Positions 27,649 through 41,228 are shown, numbered from the stretch's first letter. The stretch is DNA of 64,000 nucleotides from Lytechinus pictus (GCF_037042905.1 NC_087252.1:7814001-7878000); one strand, 5' to 3'. The notes: generated by a model not told the origin, from the letters alone. Translations and numbers: made by a program.

Positions 27649-28786
27649 TTCTTCTCTCATCTCCTTTCTCCATCTTTATTCGTTAATGACCATTCCATGA
27701 CCCTGTCTACGCCGCTCTCTCTCTCTCCTGTACTTCTTTTGAACACGGTTTCATTCATTTCCCTCGCGGCAACCCCGTTCTTATCAATGGGCTTGAGTCG
27801 CAGCCCCCCCCCCCCTCTTTCCATCTCTTTTTTCTCTATCTCTCTTTCTCCCTAACCCTCTCCCCCTTTCACTGCCCGTCTTTCCGTCTATCCATACTTT
27901 TCATTGTCAGTCTCCCCCCTCTCTCTCCCTCTTGGTATCTGTCTCGCTGTCGGCCTCTAGTCTGCAGGCACAGACCCTGATTGAAACTTTGGTCAGCAAG
28001 TGTGTCTCCACGCAAAGACTGGCACATACGCAACTTGCTGTTTCAATTCAGGAGCGAGAGCGCTTTCAGTACACAATGCATGAGTAGGCTGCACATTCAG
28101 ACCCTTAACTCGAGTGAAGGGTTTACACAGCAGACTAGTCGGCCTCTTTCTCTTCCACACTCTCCTTATTTACAATGTACTTCCTTTCTACTCAACAAAA
28201 TCTTCGAAGATGTTGAATATGCACAATTTCATCAGAACTAAAAAAATAAAAGAGTATGATGCAGAACAAATCACATGATAAATCGGGTTCATACTTTTTA
28301 ATGTCCTTAGCAATAACAATACAAATATTCTACCTCCGATTCAGGGATATAACATTAGCAACAATGTACATTGTATCAAATTAATCAACTCACATGCATC
28401 TCTGCTCACAATGATCAAATAATAAATATTCAATAATGGCCATATAAAAATTGTTACCTTTGTGACATGATATCTTTAAAGTCTTTTTTAAGTAGCAGTT
28501 TATTTCATATCTTTTTTTCTAATAAAGATACATGTAAAATTTAGTAGAAAATTGATCAATATGTCCTTCGCATTGCCAATTTAAAGAATTATTAATCATT
28601 AATCGGACAAAATATACTGGTGCAAAATAAAATCGGGCAGTTTGTATTACATCTGATTTTCTTTGACGCTTTCTTCTTTCATTATTCGGAAAAGGAGATT
28701 TCCATGTTCTTTGAGAAATTAAAAAAGTACATACAGGTAGATATTGCACTGTTGATCTGACAAGTCTATTCATCATTTCTTTCTAA

Positions 28787-29297
28787 GGGTAAAGTCCACC
28801 CAGAAAAATCGGATGTAAAATAAGACAGTTATGACATTTTTAATTTTCGCTTATTTTTCACAAAACAGTTATATGCACAACACGATGACATGCAAATGAG
28901 AGTCAATGATGTCCATCACTCACTTTTTATTTTGTTTTTTACTGTTTGAATAATACAATATTTCATTTTTTTCCAATTTCACATTAAGGACAAACTTACA
29001 ATGTAAATGAACCATAAAATGTTATAACAATGGTAATACTACATGTTCAGGGAGGAATAAAGCTTTGTTTCACAGGACAAAAAGGAGAAAATTCGAATAT
29101 TCCCTATTTCATATAATAAAATACAAAAGAAATAGTGAGTGATGTCATCAGTCCCTTCAATTAAAGAAATTAAGCGAAACTTTAAAATGGCATAAGTTTT
29201 TTATTTTACATCCGATTTTGATGAAATTTTCAATGTTATGCTTGTTGGATTTTTTCTTTTTATTCAAATAAACTTTTTGTTGGTGTGGACTTGTCCT
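28787..29297. mobile_element. Kolobok-like MITE (related fragments at ~31050, ~36400, ~37628)
   Basis: aagggtaaagtccacc...gtggacttgtcct|ttaa; shared interior with the other copies. Confidence 0.6.
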
Positions 29298-29859
29298 TTA
29301 AGTAACTACCTATATCAAATATACATAAATAAGCAACATACACGTTTACAGACGTATACATACATGTATGATTGGTCCAATGGTGCTTCTTGGTCGCTGC
29401 CTCCCCCCCCCCCCATGAAAAGGTAGGGAGGAAGAAGAGAAAAGACGATTACCCCCAAAACAGGCTTAGGTCATGTAGCTTGAAATTTCCTGTTATTCAA
29501 CTAATAAAAAAACAAATGTAACCTCCAATCTCCCCCCCCCCCCCCACAAATTACCATGGTGCTACCACTGTTTATGTACAAGCTAGTCAATTGAAGTGTC
29601 TGACTTGAATTTCAAATCAACAAATCATCGCACTCTAAAAATCTGAACAAATGTGAATGTTGTATAAAATCTGGAGTATAGTATGCAAAACTTTGTAGCC
29701 CCTCTCCCCAATAAAAAGATTCAAAGAAATATAAGCTTAATGGTAAAAAATTGTGACAGATGTTATAGCATCTGTCTCTTTTTCATTGAACCTTTGATCA
29801 ACCATGTTAAAGGATTTGATTGAATTTATCTTATATCCTTTGATTCCATACAATGAGTG

Positions 29860-30380
29860 AAAATCAAGCACCAGTCTATCCATGCTGGCTGCTATTTAAC
29901 TGGTAAATGTTCATGTCTTGGTACACCTGTGCTATGGCCTCCCTTTGAGTATAATTAATAAAATCTATCACCAGTCTATCCAAGCTGGCTGGTGTTTGAC
30001 TGGTAACTGTTCATATCTTAGTACACCTTTGCTATGGACTCCCTCTATGCATGTGGAATGAAAATCTGTCACCAGTCTATGCACATGTAGGCTGGTGTAT
30101 GACTGGTAAATGTTCATATCTTGGTACACGATGCTATGGCCTCCCTCTGGGTATAATTAATAAAATCTATCACCCGTCTATCCATACTGATTGATGTTTG
30201 ACTGGTAAATGTTCTTGTCTTGGTACACCTGTGCTATGGCCTCCCTCTGGGTTAATGAATGAAATCTACCACCAGTCTATCCAAGATGGCTTGTGTTTGA
30301 CTGGTAAATGTTCATATCTTGGTACATGGATGCTATGGCCTCCCTCTGGGTATAATGAATGATAACCTATCACCAGTCTC
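29860..30380 (-). repeat. ~100-bp tandem repeat derived from the PSENEN stop-codon region
   Basis: gctatgg recurs at 29931, 30031, 30133, 30233 and 30332; caccagtct-like motif occurs six times. Confidence 0.9.
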
Positions 30381-30472
30381 TCCCCACTCAGCTCTCTTGA
30401 CTTGATAAACAGTAATCCATGCTATCAATGCTGTGGTCCACACCAAACATCCTACCAAGGACCAGGTCACAT
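30333..30472 (-). CDS. PSENEN: Gamma-secretase subunit PEN-2, coding exon 3
   Basis: ttctcag acceptor; YVTWSLVGCLVWTTALIAWITVYQVKRAEWGETGDRLSFIIPRGRP*; spliced CDS 61+105+140=306 nt = 101 aa, the length of human PEN-2. Confidence 0.95.
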
Positions 30473-31483
30473 CTGAGAACAAAAACATTGAAAAATAAAT
30501 ACTTAAGATACAGGGTTTTAATAATAATAATAATAATAATAATGATAATAATAATAATCATAATAATAATAATAATAATAATAATTCATTATTTTCAGAA
30601 AATATTGTTGAAATCGATTACAATTATTAAAAAAAATTGGAGCATAAATGTATATATACCTTCTTTTCTACCATATTGTTTGCCATTTATTTATAGCTCA
30701 TCATTTTCAAGCTTTTTTCACTCGGCATTTCTATTGTGATTTCATCTTTTGGTTATTTTCACTAGGAAAAATAACAAAAACAAATCTGAAAAGTATAATG
30801 ATGATGATGATAATAATAATATTCCACTATCAATATCTCTGCCAACATCAATGGAACCATATGTTTATGGCCTTTGAAATGAGTCTCAGGCATAGCCAAT
30901 GGCATTTGGCCTGTGTGTTATTATTCTATACCTGAGCAAAAAATACACATTATTATTATCTGTGTACATACATGCACATGTAGTATGTACTGTACTTTTC
31001 CCAGAATGACCCCAAAACACTTACAAATACAACAAGAAAAAGAATATCTTAAAGGGGAAGTTCACCCTCACAAAAAGTTTATTACAAAAATAGCAGAAAA
31101 AATATAGGTGAAGGTGTGAGGAAAATTAATCAAAGAATAAAAAAGTGATAGAATTTTAATTATTTGATTCCAGCCAATTATTTGATGAAATTGATTATTC
31201 ATAAGACAGTTTATTGTAAATTTAACGATATATGCCTATTATCATGACTATGTTGGTATCTTAATGTAATTGTGAATAATTCAGCCACTGGCTACGAGAT
31301 ACAACTTGAAATAAACCATAAATCATAATAATAATATCACAATTTTATTTAAAAATATATTTTGCCATGTTATTAGAAATGTTGACTGATTGTATTTCCA
31401 AAAGACCAAAAACTAGTCAACCAGTCACCATGTTTTGGTTCAGTAGGCTTTACTTGGCTCTTACAAGATGTAACATGACTTAC

Positions 31484-31588
31484 ATGTGCGTATTTTCTTT
31501 TGTTGTTCAAAGGCCGAGCGGAAGAATGCTTCCCTGAAAAACCAAACTGTGTTCACCAACCAGAGAAATGGGAGAGCAAATATTCCAC
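31484..31588 (-). CDS. PSENEN: Gamma-secretase subunit PEN-2, coding exon 2
   Basis: 105 nt, cag/gtaagt; GIFALPFLWLVNTVWFFREAFFRSAFEQQKKIRT. Confidence 0.95.
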
Positions 31589-32184
31589 CTGCATCAAATA
31601 AATCAAACAAAAAGAAAATTACTTTTCAGAAGAGACATACTTGAATAGATCTGTCAATAGATATAAAATGTGTACTGTCAAATTGATTTTGGTAAAATTT
31701 GGGTAATTCACAGCTAGTATTCATGATCATACGACATGATTTTGAAAAGAGGAAAATAAACAAACCATTATATTTTGAAAATACATTTATATTATGGGTC
31801 AGAGATTATTGTGGGCAAAATTTTTGGAATAAAAACTCATTTAATGATTTTTCATGGTAACCAAATAAACAGATAAATCCTTACAAATTTTGGATTTCTA
31901 ACAGAATTTGTAATTAAATGATTAATGTTCAGATTTATGGGTTTGTTCTAGTAATAAAAAGATTGCCAACATTATCAGCTTACAACACCAAAAAGGTCAA
32001 AATTAACAGAGTACTATTCATCTGCACTAGAGAAATGATGATAATCATAAATACCGGTACATACATGTATCAGCATGCAAAAATTTCTCCACAATGAAGT
32101 ATTGCATTTTTGGAGCAGTGGTGTAGTTTATTCATTTATTTTTCTAATTTCATTTTTTTAATACTAAAATCAAACAAGCCTTAA

Positions 32185-33588
32185 AGGAGAACTATATTGA
32201 TTATGAATGTGGTCTTATTATATGTCAATGGAAAGGTAATGATGTGGGGATTATCAGTGGGCCTTCAAAAATAACGAAAATAATACATAAGGTGAAAATC
32301 GCCGATTAAAAAACGCTCAAAATGCCTCTCCGAAATATGCCTCGCATCGGTCTCTGAATTGACTTGAATTTGATGACGTCACTTTCTGTACGAGATGCGT
32401 GATTGGCTCTCCCACGTGAAGCTCCACTTGCATGCAAAACCTGTTGCGAGGGTACGTTTTCTCCACACTGTCACTGAATACTTCGATCACGAAATGAAAG
32501 AAAACCCAGAATTTTATCTAGATTTGGATTTTCAAATGGATGATTTTGAAGAAGAAGATAATTATTTATCTATAAAAAAATATAGTAACATCTCGTATTA
32601 TTTTTTAAATTACGATAAAACCTTTTAAAAGCTTGTATATGTGATCGTAATCAAAATCACAAACATGCCGTATTGCTTGCTCGCCTTGGCTGAGAGAGAA
32701 GATCTATGCACGTGTTGCACAGCTCTCAATCAAGCTACGCATGTTGGGGATCTTTTACATCTAATTTTAATTTACCTCAACGTTTTCCTTCAAAAAAGTT
32801 TTATCGTAATTTAAAAATTATACGAGATGTTACTATATTTTTATATAGATAAATAATTCCCAGAGTTTCGTAATTTTGTCAAATTAATGAGATAAAAATT
32901 ACATCTAACAGAACGAGTGACAATCTACCCCAGCCACAATGAAGTTTATCATCGGTGCATATCGTCTGCTGCTATTCGTTGAGTTGATTTGCCTTCAGGT
33001 TCGGATTACATTCACTTATTTGTAAGTACAGTTTTATCATTATTTTCCTTCTTCATAGTCACATAAGTAAGAGACTCTGTCTGGACAGTGTGGTAATAAG
33101 TCATTTTCGTGAATTCAATTTGGCACGCGCGTTATAGCTAGCACTTAGCAGCTGCATGAGTTGGTAGCGAATCGGCATGTGATCGTGTTGCAAGTTGAAT
33201 TGTCCGACTCCTCATCATCGATTCCCCCAATTTACCCCCAACTACGTCACTTTGTTGTTTACTTTATCATCATTCTCTTCATCTTCAAAATCATCAATTT
33301 GAAAATCCAAATCTAGATAAAATTCTGGGTTTTCTTTCATTTCGTGATCGAAGTATTCAGTGACAATGTGGAGAAAACGTACCCTCGCAACAGGTTTTGC
33401 ATGCAAGTGGAGCTTCACGTGGGAGAGCCAATCACGCCTCTCGTACAGAAAGTGACGTCATAAAAAATCCCCAATTTCGCGGACGTAATTCTGCGTGTTT
33501 GAAGCATTCAGAGAGAGAACTTTAAACTATCAATTAACTGAGTTCCATCGGTCTCCATGATAAATGATGTACACCATCATGTTCTCCT
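32185..33588. mobile_element. Kolobok-like element in a PSENEN intron, with two internal inverted repeats
   Basis: ttaa|AGGAGAAC...GTTCTCCT (right TTAA degenerate); IR 32373-32557/33275-33461 and inner IR ~32560-32627/32797-32857. Confidence 0.6.
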
Positions 33589-33785
33589 TATTTTCTCCTT
33601 TGATTTGATATATGATTCTCAATTTTTACGATTTTCAATACATTTCTCCTTTAAATCTTTATAAATCTCATTAAATGTTACAGATTCAGATGAGACCAAC
33701 CTATTCTCAGCCTGGAGTATCACTTTAACTGATAAGAAAATTATGAAAAGGGCTAAGAAATTAAAATAATCAAATGTGATCTTAC

Positions 33786-33846
33786 CAATGAAGTATTTTC
33801 TGCAGAGGGAGAGTTTTTCTTCATCTGATACCTTAGATAGATTCAT
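33786..33846 (-). CDS. PSENEN: Gamma-secretase subunit PEN-2, coding exon 1
   Basis: MNLSKVSDEEKLSLCRKYFIG resembles the PEN-2 N-terminus; 61 coding nt; gtaag donor; upstream acceptor at 33897-33899. Confidence 0.95.
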
Positions 33847-34961
33847 GATGAAACTGATCAAAGTGGCTTAGGAGCTTGCAAATTTTGAAAATATATCTGG
33901 AAGAGACAAAGATTTTCAAAACATTGTATTGTAGAAAACATACACGTAATATAACTCAAGAATAGTGATTTAATGGTTCTCGTTCAAGGGGAAAACAGAA
34001 GAATAAGCATCCAGATGACAGACTTTTAAGCTGTCTATGGAAGTTACCTATTTGTTTGTACATTACAGATATTTCTTCTTTTCTTCCACCATGTCAGAGA
34101 GAATTATTTCAAAAATATGATTTTAATTGATTAATTAGACCTCACAACCGACTCTTTATACACCTGACTCTTTATTTGAAAAAAAATCAACACTTTTAAT
34201 TAGAAAGAGTTTTCCTTTTGAATTTCAATGTTTATGAAGACACTGTAATTGATTGCAAATGCGATGGCCCGCTAAAATCAGCTAATTACAGCTGCCACGG
34301 TAAATGGTGGTGAGTCATACCCCATCTTTTCTAAATCCTTTTTTTTTTAATTATTCGGAAAGTATTTATTTAAAGAAAAAATGAAAAGTAAACAGATTAA
34401 AGTGATACTTTTTTTGTTGTTGCATGAATACCGGCTGGATTCATGATAGGGAAAGTGGAAATTTTGCCCAACTGATATACGTAAACGTGATTTTGACATA
34501 ATCAAGGCACACGCCGCGCCCTGGCTCCGTGGAGAGTAAGCACACGTTAGTGAATGATTTTTAGGAGCCTCCTGGCTAGGCTATAATGACAATGTCGGCC
34601 TTGGGCTGGGGCCTGGCTGGGCAACCAGGCATAATCTTCCAAACATATGATAGACTGTCGATCTACATGTAGATCTAGCGAGGTAGACCAAAAGCTTCAG
34701 TCTCTGTTATTTTGGTTGTTCTGCTAAACTACGTTGGCTCCACTCAGCTCAGTAAAATGTCAGAAATTGTTGAATAAATGATTCTCCAGAAATGACGGTT
34801 ATTCCTCTCTAACATTGTTATGGAACTTATAAGTCTAACTCTAAAAACTAAGTCAGACAGAAGTATGATTTTAATTCTTTTTTTTTTTTGGTCTTACTTT
34901 AGACTTTTTACTAGTCTTTAGTTTAGATCTATTTTTTCATGACTTTAGTCTTTACTTTATC

Positions 34962-35422
34962 AGTAGAGGCGCATGCCCAATAATTGGAGACTGTCTCCAA
35001 TGTGGGAGATTATCTCCAATATCAGAGACTTTTTAGTTTTGTAAAGAATTTGGGTATCCAATTTCAGAGACAGTCTCCAGTTTTGGAGTCCAATTTCCTT
35101 TGTTTTCATTTGCTGCAAAAGGATTACCTTGGCGGCAAATAAAAATGTGATAAGCAGATTCCTCATGAAAAATTACCCCTTTTCACCGTCTACTTTAAAA
35201 ATTCACCGTCTACTTTTGTTTTTATAACTAAGGATTTTTGTTGTCAATCACACACAAAACAAATGGGCTTCTGACATCAGTGAGACAAAATTTTGGGTGG
35301 AAAAAATCATGCTTTTGTTGGTGTTGTTTCTTTTGTCCTTTTGCAAAGCAAGTCTCCAATGCATGTGGGAGATTGTCTCCCCTATTGGAGAGAGTCTCCC
35401 ATATTGGCCGTGCGCCTCTACT
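34962..35422. mobile_element. TIR MITE in the PSENEN 5' region
   Basis: AGTAGAGGCGCA...TGCGCCTCTACT with internal ggagac/gtctcc repeats. Confidence 0.68.
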
Positions 35423-35492
35423 CACTGTTTATTCAAATATTAGGCTAGGCCAGGCCTAGTTCTTTTTTTTTTTTTAAGTAACAAAGTTTTAC

Positions 35493-35750
35493 CCTTAGTA
35501 CCAAGATCAGAGTTCCCTTAAAATTTAGTGAGATTAAATTATCCGCGACCTCCGCAAGCCAAAGCCAAAATGCAAATAAATGCAAATCCCCGAAAGGAAC
35601 TGCGGTGGTAACCGTTAAACGGGACCGGGGATCGAGCTAGTCTGCGCTGCCTGCGCCAGCGGGTCAGACAAGGTCAATACCTCGGTGCCGTCAGCGGTGT
35701 CGCGCAGATTTCTGTCGTGCTGATAATTATCCAAATTTACTTCCGGTATT
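35493..35750 (-). promoter_or_regulatory. PSENEN: Candidate PSENEN promoter and non-coding first exon
   Basis: Locally GC/CpG-rich; ETS-type ACTTCCGG at ~35739; possible donor AGG|gtaaaa at 35492; coding exon 1 has an acceptor, so an upstream exon is expected. Confidence 0.45.
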
Positions 35751-37104
35751 AATGCAGGGAGATAATGGAAGTTTTTGTGGAAATCAGACGGGATTTCGAA
35801 GGTATTCAAATAGTAAACAATCCATTTATATATTTTCTATTCAAAATTTATACTTTCACTATATATACAGCGTGATAAAATCGTCGATTCCTACGTTACC
35901 TTTTCAGAGACTTGTTAAAAAAATTCCTGTGAGTGAGTGACGACGCCGCAACAAATGTTTATGGAACGCCACTTGCAGTTTAGAAATATCAACAAGCGCA
36001 GCTCAACAAGAAACAATTACCCCCCCCCCAAAAAAAAAATGAAATGATAAAAATAACAAGCGACTTCATCCTAAAATAAATTGCCTATATCAAAATAAAC
36101 TCAAGAAAAGGCAAGTGCACTGTGGAAGCAGCACGGCACCATTAGCAAAAAAAAAAACAATAACTCAGAACAAATTAACAACAAGTAAGGAAGAAAAGTA
36201 AAGCAAGCCAAACTAATGTACAGTAGAAGCCTCCAGAGGGTACATTGAACCCCCCCTTAATACTATTTCTTGAAAATGATTAATTCGGTAGGCACACTAG
36301 GCCTATATATTTTCCAAGATGTGAGACAGTATAGTTTGGATAAACCATTCTTGGATTGCTTGAGCAAACATGTTGATATGATAGATAGAGAAAAATCAAA
36401 CAATCAGAATTCTGAAACTTTCATCGAAATAGGATGTAAAATAAAGCAGTTATGACATGTTTTCGCAAAATATTTATGCACACTACGGGTGATGAGAGTC
36501 GATTGTGTCACACTCTCGCCTATAGAAGTTCTGGGGCCTCTTGCATAAAACCTCTTAAAACTCTCGTAAAAACTGAAAACTAAGGTTAGTCTGATTTCTG
36601 CCATTGATTTTAACACAGGGCAAAAACTCCGGTAAAAACAACCTGAGTTTTCTCAGGTAAAAAGTTTTATGCAACGGGCCCCTTAAATGTATGAATGCTC
36701 ATTAAATGTCAAGCCTAAATCTTTGTAGATTTAGCAATAAGATCAAGTTTTTCATAAAATGAATCACACGTGTACTCTTAGAAAGTTGGGATCCCTTTTG
36801 TCCCGTGAACCTTTATAGGATCTTCAAAGAAACACGTTATTAAACGTAAAAGTTTAGAAACGTTTTATGTTTCTACAAGAGCTAGACTCTTACACATATG
36901 GGGTTCTTGATAGTGTGAAGAACAAAAATACAAAAAAATGCGAGGGATTTTAATAACATGTACGATGACAGTAACACAGGTGATATGAACAACCTTAAAG
37001 GGTTCATTAGAACAAAAAAATAATATTAAGAAGAATAATAATTAAAAAAACCCGATTAGAATCAGGCTCAGAACCATTTTATGTTATTGAAGAACCTAAA
37101 CACG

Positions 37105-37342
37105 CACAGCAAAAACTGTGGTGTTAACCGGTGTGCATAGAGGACCACACCAGTTATTTTACACCGGTGTTGAATTGGTGGTGTTAGTTTTACACCTATA
37201 GGTGTCATTACAACACATTTGGTTGTTACATTTACACGCTTTGGTGTTATTTTTAATCTCTAGGGTGTAATTTTAACACCTCGGGTGTGGTCCTCTATTA
37301 ACACCAACTGGTGTCAGTTTTAACACCGCAGTTTTTACAGTG
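37105..37342. mobile_element. EnSpm-like MITE (similar element ~4670-4921)
   Basis: CACAGCAAAAACTG...CAGTTTTTACAGTG, CG on both flanks; internal ggtgtt/aacacc repeats. Confidence 0.68.
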
Positions 37343-38061
37343 CGGGACAACAGTTCTGATCAACATTTTTGTAATAGTGCGAAAAAAAAAACAATACCAC
37401 ATTATAGAATCAAGTCTTGGTCCACATGTAATGAGGAAAAAATATAGTTATATAACAAACAAATTGTGAGTGGATGACGTCATAGTGACATCTTACATAG
37501 CTGCGACCAGGATGCGTATAGTTTTTGTGAGATATATATTAAACACCATGACTCTTTTTAGTTTACATCAGTCTGAATTTTATGCTCATGATGCAGTGTT
37601 TATGCTCATCTGATTAAATTTTCTTTAAAGGACAAGTCCACCACAACAAAAAATGAGTTGAATGAAAAGAGAAAACTTTGATCAAACAAGCACAACACTG
37701 AAAATTGGATGTAAATCATATGATATATATTTTTTTTAAATTTCACAAAATAGTAATATGCACATCCGGTATATGCAAATGAGGAACCGATAACGTACAT
37801 CACTCACTCACTGTTCCTTTTTTATTTCATTATATGAAATATGAAGAATTGAATTTTCTCCTTCTTGTCCTGTGAAACATAATAATAATTTTATTTCAAG
37901 ACTGTTCGCAGCAAAAGCTGAATTGTACAGAACTTTTACATAAAAAACAACATAAAACATAATAGTATCAAAATAGAATTATACAAATACACAAAGCATG
38001 AACAAATATACAATCCTGAATACTTTGGGGGTTTTATGTGAATCAACAGAATATTTTCAAA

Positions 38062-39472
38062 CACTGGCGTAAATCCGTGTTGATGGGTGGGGGGGATGAC
38101 TGAAATATTTTGGCTTTTTTTGCAATCATGTTTTTAGATATGCAAGGAATTGTCATTGATATGTCCACAGTGGCGTACCGTGGGTCACGGCATTGGGGGG
38201 GGGGGGGGGGCACCAGCAAAAATTTTGAATGACTGAGTGAGTGACCTAATAGAGACATTTTAAGGACAATGTCATTAAACGGATATGTATCTCACTCATC
38301 AAATAATGCGAGCGCGAAGCGCGAGCTGAAATTTTTTTTATATTCACACCTCAAAAGGGACATTATAATCAAATTTGTGTAATCATGATAGGTACCTGTC
38401 TCGCTTAACAATGCGAGCGCGAAGCGCGAGCTGAAAACTTAGATAATTCAGACCTGAAGTGGGGCATTCTAAGTTTTCTTTGTAGGAATTAACCAGGACC
38501 ATACGTATTTCATTAACCAAATGGTGCGAGCGCGAAGCGCGAGCTGAAAATTTTTGATATTCAGATCAGAAGAAGGGACATTTTAAGGACTGATTTTAGG
38601 AATTCATGAAGAGTAGACATATCTCACCAATCCATGAAAAATGCGAACGTAATCACGGACAGGAAATGTTTCATATATACGAAGACCTTAATATGGGGCA
38701 ATCACTTTTGAGTCATGAAAAAAAAGCATATGTCACTACATAAAACAATGATAACTCAAGTGCTAGGAAATATATTTGGTTTATATTGACTTGAAAACGG
38801 GATGTTTTGGTACAACAGGATTATATATCTCGTTAAACAGACAATGCGAGCACCAGGAACAATTGAGACGTAGGCCCTGGGCAAATTATGTTTCATAAAG
38901 ATATGATAAAAATGTTTCTTATGTAATGTAACTTAACATAATTATAATATAATTTAACATTATAATGAATAATATTTTCTTCTTTCCCACTACGTTTCTC
39001 TTCCTTTCTCCCTCTTTTCTCCTTTTCCCCCTTTCCCCGTTTTTTTTTTTGGTCAGCCGATGGGGGGGATGTGCCCCCCATGTCCCCCGTAGTTACGCCA
39101 CTGTATGTCCATATGGCAAATACCCCTCCAATATTATTATCTTTTTTACCCAATGATGGAGATTACATTCAAAATTTTTTGACATTCCATCTTAATCCCT
39201 TCCCAAAGACCCCAACATTGATGAATTGGAAGTATTTCGTTTGGAAATGGTGAACTGGCTCTTTCTTTGCATTTTATGATTCAATGATATTATTTTATTT
39301 GTTAAGCGGTATTTTTGGAAGAATTTTCACCAATAAAACAATTATCTCTTGTGATTTTTTTTTCATTTCTTTCGTAAAAAGTGGGGGGGGGGGGTGTTTG
39401 TACAGGCCATCCCCCCCTCCTCGAAAAGTGGGGGGATATATCCCCCCCATCCCCCCGGGATTTACGCCAGTG
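38062..39472. mobile_element. hAT-like non-autonomous element (outer member of a nested pair)
   Basis: CACTGGCGTAAATCC...GGATTTACGCCAGTG with perfect 8-bp TSD TTTTCAAA. Confidence 0.85.
38168..39103. mobile_element. hAT-like non-autonomous element nested in the previous one
   Basis: CAGTGGCGTA...TACGCCACTG, perfect 8-bp TSD TATGTCCA; internal gcgagcgcgaagcgcgagc repeats spaced ~110 bp. Confidence 0.85.
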
Positions 39473-40950
39473 TTTTCAAATATAAGTAATTGCAGAAGTT
39501 TCAAAATTTGCTTAAGATATATACGAGAAAGCGGAATGGAAGGATTTATCCCTGATAGCAGAAACTGGTAAAAATGACGTCATAATTACGTCAGTTTAAC
39601 GACGAGTGTCACGTCATTTTGACGTCGTAACATGACGTCTTATTGACGGGATCTTGCACCCGCGAATAACGTCATTATGACGTCGTATATTGACGTCATT
39701 ATGACGTCTCCAAGAGTGACTACGACGTCTTAATGACGTCTTAGCAACGTTTTTACAACGTTTTCCTGACCAGTATCAAGGGTCAGATTGACGTCGTGTA
39801 TTGACGTGATTATGACGTCTTCGAGAGTCAACAACGACGTCTTAATGACATCCGTGCAACGTGTTCCTGACCGGTTTTAGACGTCATATTGATGTAATTA
39901 TGACGTCTTTAAAAGTCATCTACGACGTCTTAATGACAACTTTGCGACGTATTCCTGACCAGTTTCAGACGTCATATTGATGTAATTATGACGTCTTTAT
40001 AAGTCAACTACGACGTCTGAATGACGACTTTGCAACATATTGCTGACTAGTAATAGACGTCATATTGACGTCGCATATTGAAATGAATATGACGTCTTTT
40101 GGAGTCAACTATATCTTAACGTATTCTGACGTGATAATGACCTAAACATTAAATTCTACATGCAATGTACATACACACATCACTTCAAAGACCTTGTCAT
40201 TTAGGATTATCTATATTTGGTGAATACTGAGGTGGTCTGACAATGTCCAGCATTCCCAGTAACAATATAATGATCCTCCATGCCCGGGCCTTGCATAACT
40301 TGTCTCGGTCTCAAGAACATGACCCCCCCCCCCGAAAAAGAATATATACAAAAATGGAAAACGAAATCAAATACATGTACGCATTTCAATTACGAAATCG
40401 TGGCAAATATTCTATTAATAAATAAAAGTTGCATAACATATTACCAGCAAAAAAAAAAGGAATACAAAATGTTGAAAACTCTAAATAGATTGAAAAAAAA
40501 AAAACTTTTCTATGAAAATGCAGTATTACTATTAGGGTCAAAGGAATGAAATTACAATGTTTGTTATACCAATACATACAATTGTACATGTATGAATACA
40601 CATTAATACATAACAGAGGCATAATGAATAATGATCTCCAAGAATAAAGCTTTTTCGTTGAAATTGTAATTAAATATACCTTCAACTTTAGACAACTATG
40701 TAATGTAGGTAAAAATATACTGTATGTAAAAAAAAAATACCCGAGTTGGAATAGTTTCAGGATTTATGGAAGCTCGCATTTGGGTGAAAGAATCATACAT
40801 GTACATTAATTCTTATGAAATGTTTGGGTTGTATTACACTATCACTTAGGGCCAGGGGTAAAAGACAGTAGTTGCAGCAAACAATTATTTCTTCGGAAAG
40901 TCTTTTAAATTAAGGTTAATTGTCAAAATATTGTACATAATCTAGATCTG

Positions 40951-41228
40951 GGCCCTGTCTTACAAAGAGTTACGATTGATCCGATCAATCATAACTCTAT
41001 GGAAATCCATCAGTGTCATAATTTTTTTCTACGAAAAATTTGCACAATGTCCTCACTCCTTTGTATGCAAAGAGAAACGCAGCGAATTTTTGAGAAAACA
41101 ATGAATGCATGAACATACATCATAGCTAGAAAATATTTTGAACAAACATGCTTAATAGATGTTAACGTTGCTGACCGTCCATAGTTGCTATTGATCGGAT
41201 CAATCATAACTCTTTGTAAGACGGGGCC
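40951..41228. mobile_element. PIF/Harbinger-like MITE inserted in one of two tandem ~450-bp repeat copies (40688-41520, 41537-41992)
   Basis: CTG TSD; the second copy shows the empty site (catctggtacatt at ~41795). Confidence 0.8.

Noticed and set aside
40207..40389. 60-aa ORF inside the CACTA-like element as a transposase remnant
   Set aside because: No recognisable CACTA or other domain motif in any frame inspected
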